Shown here piece after piece: positions 1 through 10,936 of a stretch of 32,000 nt of DNA. The stretch lies in sequence record CM031383.1; one strand, written 5' to 3'. The notes under the pieces are model-generated. The model was not told the origin of the DNA. It saw only the letters and a program-made list of their open reading frames with translations, and did not search any database. The position numbers and the translations under genes were made by a program. The first letter of the stretch is position 1. Every line of letters begins with the position of its first letter.

Positions 1-1300
1 ATCCTGGCATTTTTGTTAGAAAAGCAATTTCACTCAAAGATGTTCGAATACAACTTCCAGGAATATTTTGCACATATTGAATTCTTCCATCAAAAGGCGC
101 TAAAATTTGATCAGTAAGTCCTCCTGCAAAAACACCCCCTGTGTGAAACGTTCTCATTGTTAATTGGGTACCCGGTTCTCCAATAGATTGAGCTGCGATA
201 ACTCCAACTGCTTCACCGACAGAAACAAGTTTGCTTTGAGATAAACTCCATCCGTAACAAAGTTGACAAATTAATCGAGGTGTTTCACAAGTTAACGGAG
301 AACGCACTAGCGCTTTTTTTGAAACTTTTGCAATAGCAAATGCTAATTTTGAATCTACTTCTTGATTTCGAACAGCAAGTAGAGTTTTTTCAGAAGAATG
401 TACATTCGATTCTTTTGAAATAAAAATATCTTGTGCTAATACTCTCCCAATTAATCGATTTTGAAATGAATAAATTGTTTTATTTGCTTCTTTCATATCA
501 AATAAATAAATCCCGCGAAATGTACCACAATCAAATTGAGATACAATTACATGTTGCGCTACATCAACTAATCGTCTTGTTAAATAACCCGCAGTAGCAG
601 TTCTTAATGCAGTATCTACGATCCCTTTTCGAGCACCATAAGTTGAAATTAAATATTCAGTTAAAGTTAATCCTTCACGAAAATTACTTTGAATTGGAAA
701 ATCAATGATCTGACCTTGAGGATCGGACATTAAACCTCTCATACCTACAAGTTGACGAACTTGTGACATGTTTCCTCGTGCACCAGAAAATGCCATCATA
801 TAAATTGGATTAAACAAATCCATTGTTTCAAAATATTTAAGAACTTCTTGTTTTAACATATCATTTGTTTGGTTCCATGTGTAAATTAAACGTTGTGTAC
901 GTTCAATTCCAGTAATTTTAGCATTTCGATAATCCATTAAATCTTTTGCTACTTTTGTTTCTGCAGTAGAAATAAGAGCAATTTTTTTGTCTGGGATTTT
1001 TAAGTCATCGATACCTAAAGAAATGCCTCCTGTAGTAGCATAACCAAATCCAAACTCTTTTAATTTCTCTAAAAAGAGAATTGTTTTATATTGACCATAT
1101 TTTTCAAAAAACCAAGAAACTACACTTTTTAAACGACTTTTATCAAAAGAAAAGTTAAAAAAGTAAGATTCTAAAATCGATATTTTTGTTTCATTTGCTA
1201 AACAATGGTAATTTATTTTACGACCAGACGATAAAGGAGTATTTAAAAGTTGTTTTTGAAAAAATAAACGAAAAGTCTTGTTTTTTCTAAAGTTATTCAT
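1..1300 (-). CDS. rpoC2: RNA polymerase beta'' subunit, N-terminal part (gene runs off the window start)
   Basis: The reverse-strand frame is open from the ATG at 1300-1298 to the window edge. Hand translation gives MNNFRKNK...[17 protein letters not shown]...[87 protein letters not shown]...[18 protein letters not shown], which are canonical RpoC2 N-terminal blocks. It is missing from the ORF track because it is truncated by the window. Confidence 0.9.
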   Translation of the reverse strand, partial: MNNFRKNKTFRLFFQKQLLNTPLSSGRKINYHCLANETKISILESYFFNFSFDKSRLKSVVSWFFEKYGQYKTILFLEKLKEFGFGYATTGGISLGIDDLKIPDKKIALISTAETKVAKDLMDYRNAKITGIERTQRLIYTWNQTNDMLKQEVLKYFETMDLFNPIYMMAFSGARGNMSQVRQLVGMRGLMSDPQGQIIDFPIQSNFREGLTLTEYLISTYGARKGIVDTALRTATAGYLTRRLVDVAQHVIVSQFDCGTFRGIYLFDMKEANKTIYSFQNRLIGRVLAQDIFISKESNVHSSEKTLLAVRNQEVDSKLAFAIAKVSKKALVRSPLTCETPRLICQLCYGWSLSQSKLVSVGEAVGVIAAQSIGEPGTQLTMRTFHTGGVFAGGLTDQILAPFDGRIQYVQNIPGSCIRTSLSEIAFLTKMPG

Positions 1301-2547
1301 AGTTTATTTTAACTTTTCTACAAACTTTTTCATTTTTTTGAAAATAGAAGCTCTATTTATATTTTATTTTGAATAAACAGACAATATGAAAAAAAAATTT
1401 TATTGTCTATAAAAAATAAAAAAAAGCTTCAATTCATAAAAAAAATTTTAAGAAAAAGTGAAAAAATAAAAAATTTTTTGAATTTTTTAATAAAGAATTT
1501 TAATTCTAAAAAACTTGTCTGTTTTTATAAAAGAATTTTAGGGACTATAAAAGATTTTTCATTTAAAAACTTTAAAAAAAATCTTTTATGTTAATAGAAA
1601 TGAAATTTTTTAGTGGTGATAACTTTTTGTCAGCTTAAGAACAAAATTTATAGATTACTGGAAAAGAAAAGTTTTTCTTTTTAAAGTGTAAAAAGTGTAA
1701 AAACAAGTTAGTAACTTTACAATAGTTACTTATTAAATTTTATTTTTGAACAAAGTTTACAGATAAATAGCAACTTGTCTATTGAAAATCGATCTGCCAC
1801 TTTGCTAGTCTTGCCTTTAAAAGCAAGGCTGATACTTTTATAAAAAAGCTGCAGAAGACAAATTTTTTAGTTTGTCAATGTTCTATTTAGTTGCAGTTTG
1901 TGTGCTTTGCGAACTTTGTTCGCAGAGTGTCCAGCTTAACCAAATTATGCATAGTATTCCAGGCTGTTGGCTGTTGCTCTTATTTTATAATTGAGCTCAA
2001 TAAAAAATAAAGGTAACAATTAACAGAAAAAAAGAGAAAAAAAAGAAAAATATAGACCTAGATTGACGAAAAATTCGTTTTACTAAAAGACAAAACTAAC
2101 ATGACCAATATAACCATAAAAAAAAATGTTTTGAAGTCAGCTTATTTGACCGAAAATCAAAAGTTGAGTTTTTCTTTTTTAGTTGCGTAAGCTAGAAAAA
2201 ACAAAAAACTAAGCTGCGTGCAAAATCTCTAGAACTTTGTTTTAGAAATCAAAATTCTAGAGTGCGACGTTTTCAAAGTTACCGTTACAAATAGTTTTTA
2301 TATTATAAAAAATAAAGAATGCAATTTTCATAGAAAAAATGTTTTTTTTAAAAACGAAAACATAGTGAAATTAAAAAAAAATATTTTGTTTAAAAAAAAC
2401 AAAAGGAAATACAATATAAAAAATTGTTTTTTCATTTTTTATGAATTTTAAAATTTTATGTTCACAAAAATATTTTTGCAGTGATAGTCAGCAAAACTGG
2501 TTTGATTATCGTTTTGATTTTGACTTTTTACATGAATAATAAAAGAA

Positions 2548-2632
2548 AAAAAATGATATTGAAAAAACGTACGTGAAAATCTATTTATGAAGAAAATAGA
2601 TTTTCACGTACGTTTTTTCAATATCATTTTTT
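2548..2632 (-). terminator. 39-bp perfect inverted repeat (stem-loop) about 125 nt 3' of the rps3 stop
   Basis: The left arm 2548-2586 is the exact reverse complement of the right arm 2594-2632, with a 7-nt loop ATGAAGA. The arm contains ACGTACGT. Chloroplast mRNAs typically end at such 3' inverted repeats. Confidence 0.6.
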
Positions 2633-2755
2633 ATTTCTTTAATTTTTCTTAAGAAAAAATTTGTTTATTTTTCTCAAAACAAAAATTCTTAAGAAAAAAA
2701 ATACATATTTAAAAAAATAACAAAAATTGTGAAATTTCTAAAAATTTCTCATTTA

Positions 2756-4858
2756 TTATAGAAGATCAGGTAAAAGTGAAATAGAATTCGCAGTAGGTTT
2801 ACGTGTTTTTGTATAACCTTTATAGATCCAAACTTTAACACCAATAATTCCATAAATAGTTTGAGCTGTTTTATAACAATAATCAATATTTGCTCTTAGT
2901 GTTTGCAGAGGCACTCGTCCTGCACGAACCCATTCCGAACGAGCAATTTCAGCTCCATTTAAACGACCTGAAACTTGAATTTTTACTCCTTTTACTTTTG
3001 GAGTTTTCATTAAATCTTCTTTTGCTTTTTTAATTACTCGTCTAAAAGCTTTACGTTTTTCTAAATCATCGACGATAGAATCAGCTACAGCAGAAGCTCT
3101 TGTTTGGAAATCTTGGGCTTTTACTGAATAAAATTGAATTGAAATTTTTGGAGTTAATTGAATATTTTGTTCACAAATTGTTCTTTGTTTTTGAAGTTGT
3201 TCGACAAAAATATCTCCAAAATTTTTGTTTTGAGATAAGTTTTTTTGGGAAATATTTAAAAATGTTTTTGAAATGTGATTTTTAAGAATTTCTTGTTTTT
3301 CTTCAGGAGTTAGTCCAATATAATTTTTTGGAGAAATACCGAATAAAAATTCTGCTTGTTGTTTTGTAAAATATTGAATTTTTTTGAAATTTTTACGAGC
3401 ATCTGAAATTGTTGCTAAATACAAGAATAAGTTTTTTGAACGATGTTGTTTTACTAATTTTTGTAAATGATCAATAAATTTCATTGTATTTTTTTCTCCA
3501 TGAATATTTGAGAATTTTTTTTGAAGAGATTTTTCTGTTAATAAAGCAACTTTAGAAGCAAATTTTTGATTTGTTGTTTTTTGTGAAAAATCAACATTTT
3601 CAAAAGTATTTTGAGAAAAAATTGAAGATTTTTGTGTTTTTCGAAGAACAATAAATTTTTTGAAATTTTGAAGAAAACGAATTCTTTGATAATAAGAAAG
3701 AGTTTTTGTTTTTGAAAATTTCCCAAATACTAAATATTCTTTTCTTAATCTTTCTAGTTTTTTTAAAGCACGTTGTTGTAAAGCTTTGAAAAGTTTTAAT
3801 AAGAAAGGAAGTGAAAGTTTTTCAAAACGTTTAAATCGAATAGAACTCCATTTTTTTTGTGAACCAATTGGTAAATAACGAAAAGAACCAAATGTTTTTA
3901 ATTGTTCGTTTTTTGATTTTGCAAAATATTGATTCCAATAATTCATTTCTAATTTTAAAGCATTTAAAAAAGAGTTATTTGTTTGTGACATATAAAGATT
4001 TACAAATTTTGCACATGGTTTTGAAAAATTTGGTTTTAAAGTTTTTGATTTAAAAAAACTTAAATAAGCTTTTTGTTTTGCAGAAAAACTATCACGAAGA
4101 GTACGAGTTTTTTTACTTGAAGAAACTGTTGAAAAAGATGATCCAAATTTATTTTTTCTAAAATTTCTTCTTCTTTCTTGAAGAGTTTTTTTGAAGTATG
4201 ATACAAGATTATTTCGAGAAGAAGATTGTTTTTTTGGATCAAATTTTTTTGTAATTTTTTTACCATTTTTCACAATAACAAATTTTCCTAAAAAACGTTG
4301 ACGGAAACGAGCAAATAATTTTTTTCTTTTTTCAACCATTGCTTTTGCATCTTTTTTTTTGTTTGAACTTTTTAAAGATGACGTATCTTGATCTGCAATG
4401 TCACTATTGAAATTTCCAATTTTTTTTTCAGAAGAAGAAATATTTGAAGAAAATTCTAAATTTTCATTTTTTCCTGAATTAGAAATATTTTTTTTAGATG
4501 CTGTTTTTTCTAAAATTAAATGATTTTTTAATAAATTTTGAACAAAATTTGGTTCAACTTCTAAACCTTCAAAAGCGGTTTTGATCATATGACAATTTTG
4601 AGCATAAATTTGAATACCAATTTCATAAGGAATTAATCCTCGAACGATTTGAATATGAGAAATTTTTGGCATATTCATTGAATTATTGAATTTTTTTTGA
4701 AAAAGTTGTGGAAGTAGTTTTAATAAATTTTGACGTAAAAATTTATCTTCTAAAACTGACTGTGCATATTGATGTTTTTGAAATCTAGCAAACCATACTG
4801 ATTGATGTTTTTTAGTAATTCCAACACGAAAACCTAATGGATGAATTTTTTGTCCCAT
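2756..4858 (-). CDS. rps3: ribosomal protein S3 with a very large internal expansion (700 aa)
   Basis: ORF track. The N-terminus [24 protein letters not shown] and the C-terminus [57 protein letters not shown] are canonical S3. They are separated by several hundred Lys/Asn/Ser/Phe-rich residues, as in chlamydomonadalean rps3. Confidence 0.93.
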   Translation of the reverse strand: MGQKIHPLGFRVGITKKHQSVWFARFQKHQYAQSVLEDKFLRQNLLKLLPQLFQKKFNNSMNMPKISHIQIVRGLIPYEIGIQIYAQNCHMIKTAFEGLEVEPNFVQNLLKNHLILEKTASKKNISNSGKNENLEFSSNISSSEKKIGNFNSDIADQDTSSLKSSNKKKDAKAMVEKRKKLFARFRQRFLGKFVIVKNGKKITKKFDPKKQSSSRNNLVSYFKKTLQERRRNFRKNKFGSSFSTVSSSKKTRTLRDSFSAKQKAYLSFFKSKTLKPNFSKPCAKFVNLYMSQTNNSFLNALKLEMNYWNQYFAKSKNEQLKTFGSFRYLPIGSQKKWSSIRFKRFEKLSLPFLLKLFKALQQRALKKLERLRKEYLVFGKFSKTKTLSYYQRIRFLQNFKKFIVLRKTQKSSIFSQNTFENVDFSQKTTNQKFASKVALLTEKSLQKKFSNIHGEKNTMKFIDHLQKLVKQHRSKNLFLYLATISDARKNFKKIQYFTKQQAEFLFGISPKNYIGLTPEEKQEILKNHISKTFLNISQKNLSQNKNFGDIFVEQLQKQRTICEQNIQLTPKISIQFYSVKAQDFQTRASAVADSIVDDLEKRKAFRRVIKKAKEDLMKTPKVKGVKIQVSGRLNGAEIARSEWVRAGRVPLQTLRANIDYCYKTAQTIYGIIGVKVWIYKGYTKTRKPTANSISLLPDLL

Positions 4859-5585
4859 AATTTTATTTGTTTAACTTCTTAAAAAAATTTCTTTTTTTTT
4901 TAGTACTAACCTCTTTTATTCGTTTAATTAAACTATCAAATAGAGGGAGGAGTAATATTTTTTATTTTGATTTTTTTAATAGCTTGAACTTTTTTGAAGA
5001 AACTTTAAAACGCTGCAACAACAAAATTGTTTAAATATTTATATAAAGTTTTTAAAAGCTCACAAAAATTTTTGATTTTAAAAAAGCAAACTTATTATTT
5101 GAATTTTTTTTTTCAACAATAAAGATAAATTTAACCGTGATTATCAAAATTTTTTAATTCAAAGGACCTTTAAAGGAACCTTTGAAAGATAAAATTATTC
5201 TTCAATAAATTCTATTTTCATTTTAAAAAAAAAAGAAAAAAAAAACAAGAAAAAAAATTTTTGCATTGAAAAACAAAATTGAATTCTAATAATTTCAAAA
5301 GAAATTTAAAAGATTTTTTCATAAATAGGGGAGAAGTGATCTAAAAATGAGAAAGACTAAAAAAAGAAAAAATAAATTTTAAAAAAGATATTTTTGTATA
5401 TTTTTCTCTTTTTTCCGGCATTTTATAATTTTTAGAATTTATTAAAAACACTAGAAAAAAGAGAAAATTTATAAAAAATTTTTGAAAAAATTTATTCTCT
5501 ATTTTCTTTATAAAAATAGATCTAAAAAAAATTTGCAACAAATACATTTTTTTTTGAATATTCTTTTTTATGAAAACATAATTTT

Positions 5586-7418
<1,833 letters not shown>

Positions 7419-7767
7419 TTAAAAAAGTAAACCACTGCAAATAAAACTTCTTTATCATTCTAGAAGATTTGTTTTTTATTTAATTTATGACAAGAACAAA
7501 AATTTTTTTAAAGTAGAAAGATTAGCTTTCTACTTTTTTCATGCTTTGTTAAAAGATTTTTTTTCAAAATTTCAAAAATATTTCCTAAAAATCTTTTTTT
7601 TCAAATTTTATTCATAATAAAATTTTTTTTTCTTGAGTATAAAAAAATGATGGTTATTGCTTTAAATTATGAAATTTAAAAAGCAAAATGAAATTCAAAG
7701 ACTTTTCTTGTTTATTCATTATTAGTTTTGTTTATTAAAAACATTTCCATCATTTTTTTTCCTGAAT

Positions 7768-7801
7768 TTTTCAAATTTTGTGAATTCACAAAATTTGAAA
7801 A
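7768..7801. repeat. 34-bp perfect palindrome centred on GAATTC
   Basis: TTTTCAAATTTTGTGAATTCACAAAATTTGAAAA reads identically on both strands. It lies in the rpoB-chlN spacer. Confidence 0.8.
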
Positions 7802-8248
7802 GAACCTGTTTAAGGATAAATACCATATTTAACTCTAGTAGAAATTTGTATGACGTAAGTATTACATAAACGTCTTAATCAGTTAACCTAAATCAAATTT
7901 TATGAATATGAAAAAATTTTTTGCAGTAATTGCCTTGAGAAAAAAAATTCTTTACTTCATAAAGTATTCTAGATTCGGCTTCAAAACTGTAAAAAAAAAT
8001 TTCTTTTTTTACAGCTTTTTTTAGAATAAAAAAAAAAGAGAACAAACAAATAAAAAATATTTTCTATAAGTAAAAAGCTGCCTTAAACCTTGCAAGCTTG
8101 TAATATCAACGAACGGGACGAAAAAGTTGGCGAGTGTTGAAAAATGAAATTTTTTGAATTTTTTTTTCATTTATTATAAAAAATATAATATCACAAAAAA
8201 ATATATTTTTAAAGAAAAATAGAAAATCAAAAATGAAATATTCTAAAA

Positions 8249-10036
8249 TTATGGTAATTGCATTAAATGTTCAATTTGTGTTAAAAATCCTTTTTTATTT
8301 AATTGAAAAAGACCAATATCTAAACACAAAGCTTGAAGTTCACAAATTAAAACTTTAAATGATTCGGGTGTTCCAATATAAATTGGCATGTTTCCGATAA
8401 TATTTGACCACAAAGTCATTCGACCACTAATATCATCTGATTTAATTGTTAACATCTCTAATAAAATAAAAGCAGCCCCATAAGCTTCGATAGCCCATAC
8501 TTCCATTTCTCCAAGTCTTTGTCCACCAAATTTTGAACGACCTCGTAAAGGTTGTTGTGTTACAAGTGAATAAGGACCTGTAGAACGAGCATGAATTTTA
8601 TCATCAACTAAATGAACAAGTTTTAGCATATAAGCAACACCCACGGTAACTGGATTCATATAAGGCTCGCCGGTGGCCCCGTCAAAAATAAGCATTTTTC
8701 CAGGATAACATGGATTAAATAACCATTTTTGAGAAGTTTTTAAACGAGCTTCATATAATTTTGAAAAAGTAAAACTTCGTGAGGCATGTGGACCATACAT
8801 TTCATCAAAAGGTATTATTCTATAATATTGTTTTAAGTATTTTGCAGCAAGTCCCAATAAACATTCATAAATTTGACCCACATTCATTCGAGACGGTACA
8901 CCTAATGGATTTAAAATCATATCGAGAGGTGTTCCATCTGGTAAAAAAGGCATATCTTGAATTGGAAGAATTTTTGAAACAATACCTTTGTTTCCATGAC
9001 GTCCTGCCATTTTATCACCAACTTGAATTTTTCTTTTTTCTGCTAAATATATTTGGATTCGTTCAGGTTTTTTTTTTGTTGTTTTTGAAGTATTTCTAGA
9101 TTTTTGATTTTTTAAAACTGAAAAACTTAAAATTTTTATTTCAATTACTTTTGCTTTTAAACCTTTAGGAGTTCTTAACGAACTATCACGCATAGGTATC
9201 AATTGTTTTTCTAAAATTGCATATAATAATTTTTCATACGGCGACTTATATTTTTTTTGAATAGGAGTCACTTTTCCTACTAAAATTTGTCCTTCTGTTA
9301 CTGATGTTCCTAACTTTACAATACCACGTGTATCTAAATGATTTGTTTCGTTTTCAGAAAGGTCTGGAATTTGATTTGTAATTTGTTCTTTTCCTAATTT
9401 TGTTTTTCTTGTTTCAACTTCATATGATTCGATATGAACAGATGTATAAATATCTTCAGAAACTAATCTTTCACTAATTAAAATAGCATCTTCATAATTA
9501 TATCCTTTCCATGGCATATAAGCAATGAAAATGTTTTTTCCTAAACATAATTCACCTCCTAAACTCGAAGCGCAATCAGCTAACAAATCTCCAGATTGAA
9601 CCCAATCTCCTTCTCGTACTGTTGGTCTTTGAACTAAAAGAGTATCTTGATTTGATCGTTGATATTTTTGGAGAAAATATTTTGAAGTTTGTCGAGCAGT
9701 TGTTTCCAGTTGTATTGATTGACTTGCGAACAAGTTCGTAGATGGCCAAGGAAGTTTGAAAGCGCTAACAAAACTAGCGCTCTCTTGTACAACTTTTGAG
9801 TTCAGGGCTGAGGAACAACTAGTTTTGCTTCTTTTTCGAGCCGACAGAGCAAAATATTTTTTTGAAAACTGATTTGCAAATAGCTTTTCATTAAACGGAC
9901 TATCAACTTGTTGACAGGTTGCTTTGCATGAAAAGCTTGCGTTTGCAGCTTTTTCGAGAATAGAAAAATTATGAAATTTTATTTTTTTATAATCTTTTTT
10001 TAAAGATTTTTGAAACATGTCATTTTTTTTTTTCAT
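8249..10036 (-). CDS. rpoB: RNA polymerase beta subunit, C-terminal ORF of a split rpoB
   Basis: ORF track. YQRSNQDTLLVQRPTV...GKNIFIAYMPWKGYNYEDAILISERLV...GDKMAGRHGNKGIVSKILP...GGQRLGEMEVWAIEAYGAA are the C-terminal RpoB blocks. The first ~125 codons have no RpoB similarity, so the true start codon is uncertain. Confidence 0.9.
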   Translation of the reverse strand: MKKKNDMFQKSLKKDYKKIKFHNFSILEKAANASFSCKATCQQVDSPFNEKLFANQFSKKYFALSARKRSKTSCSSALNSKVVQESASFVSAFKLPWPSTNLFASQSIQLETTARQTSKYFLQKYQRSNQDTLLVQRPTVREGDWVQSGDLLADCASSLGGELCLGKNIFIAYMPWKGYNYEDAILISERLVSEDIYTSVHIESYEVETRKTKLGKEQITNQIPDLSENETNHLDTRGIVKLGTSVTEGQILVGKVTPIQKKYKSPYEKLLYAILEKQLIPMRDSSLRTPKGLKAKVIEIKILSFSVLKNQKSRNTSKTTKKKPERIQIYLAEKRKIQVGDKMAGRHGNKGIVSKILPIQDMPFLPDGTPLDMILNPLGVPSRMNVGQIYECLLGLAAKYLKQYYRIIPFDEMYGPHASRSFTFSKLYEARLKTSQKWLFNPCYPGKMLIFDGATGEPYMNPVTVGVAYMLKLVHLVDDKIHARSTGPYSLVTQQPLRGRSKFGGQRLGEMEVWAIEAYGAAFILLEMLTIKSDDISGRMTLWSNIIGNMPIYIGTPESFKVLICELQALCLDIGLFQLNKKGFLTQIEHLMQLP

Positions 10037-10649
10037 AAATTTTTTTCTAAATAATTTTTTTGTAATGAAAAACCAAAAATTCAGAGTTTTTCATGAATTT
10101 TTTTAGCTTTTGCTTGTAGGTAACTGCTAACAAGAAAAAATGCAAAAGCTATTTTTTTTCATTTTCAAATCTATTTGTAAAATTTCGTTTTTTTCTTTCT
10201 GCCAGCCCTTATTTTTTATTGAGCTCAAAAAAAGCTTTGTCCTTTTTAAAAAAGGGCAGGCTAAGGCCTTTTGAAGTAACAGTCAACAAACCTACAGACA
10301 AAAGCTAAAAAATTATTTTACATTTTTTGAAAATTGCAGATATATTTTGTATTTACAACATAAAAATAATGTTTTTATGGTTTTTATAGAGTTTTGTATT
10401 CTATATAGAAAGTAATAAATAAAAAATTTTTAAATAAAATCTGTCACAACAACAAAATTTGAATTTTTTAGTTTACATTACATAAAAAACTTTTTTGGAA
10501 CAATTGATACATATTTGATGAACTCAATTTGTTGATCATAAAAACATATATTGACGGATAGATAAAGTCTTAGAATTTATTTAGAGCGTTTATTTCTTCG
10601 TTTTGGCTGTTGCCTTTATTTTTTTATTGCGTTTTTACTTTTTGGCCAG

Positions 10650-10708
10650 CCCCCCCCACCCCTTAGCCCCACCAGCCTGGCAGGCTGGCAGGCTGGCAGG
10701 CTGGCAAG
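10650..10708. repeat. GC-rich island: C8/C4/C4 tract followed by the tandem octamer (CTGGCAGG) x4
   Basis: 10650-10670 reads CCCCCCCCACCCCTTAGCCCC. 10677-10708 reads CTGGCAGG CTGGCAGG CTGGCAGG CTGGCAAG. It sits in the spacer between the two rpoB ORFs. Confidence 0.9.
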
Positions 10709-10936
10709 AAGTAAAGGCTGGTTGCGTCGCTAGTAGGCGGGGTACTTCGTAAGAGGGGCGAGGCAGAGCAAAAAAAGTTTTTTATTAAAAGGTAAATACT
10801 AAAAAACCAAAAGATAAAAAGCCAAAAGCTTCGAAAAAAAAAGGGCAACGGCCAACAGATAAAGAACATAATAAATTTAAAACAGCACCCATAAAATTTA
10901 AAAAACACTATTTTCAAAAGCAAAACTTACAAAATT

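Noticed and set aside
2262-2275. GAGTGCGACG on the plus strand, resembling a group II intron 5' end (GTGCGAC)
   Set aside because: No recognisable exon precedes it, there is no domain V on the plus strand anywhere in the window, and it directly follows a repeat hairpin. It is probably a chance match.
3100-4266. Short ORFs within or antisense to rps3. Similar ones occur in chlN (6731-6921), rpoB (8779-9099, 12925-13158), rps12 (17334-17749), rps7 (26290-26544), psaA (27037-27736, 30172-30399) and the endonuclease (29162-29446).
   Set aside because: All are nested in, or opposite to, well-supported conserved genes and have low-complexity translations.
10663-10923. 86-aa ORF on the minus strand in the rpoB spacer
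   Set aside because: It is a translation of the GC-rich microsatellite followed by A/T homopolymer-rich DNA (FFKFYGCCFKF...). It has no resemblance to any plastid protein and is best explained as a chance ORF.
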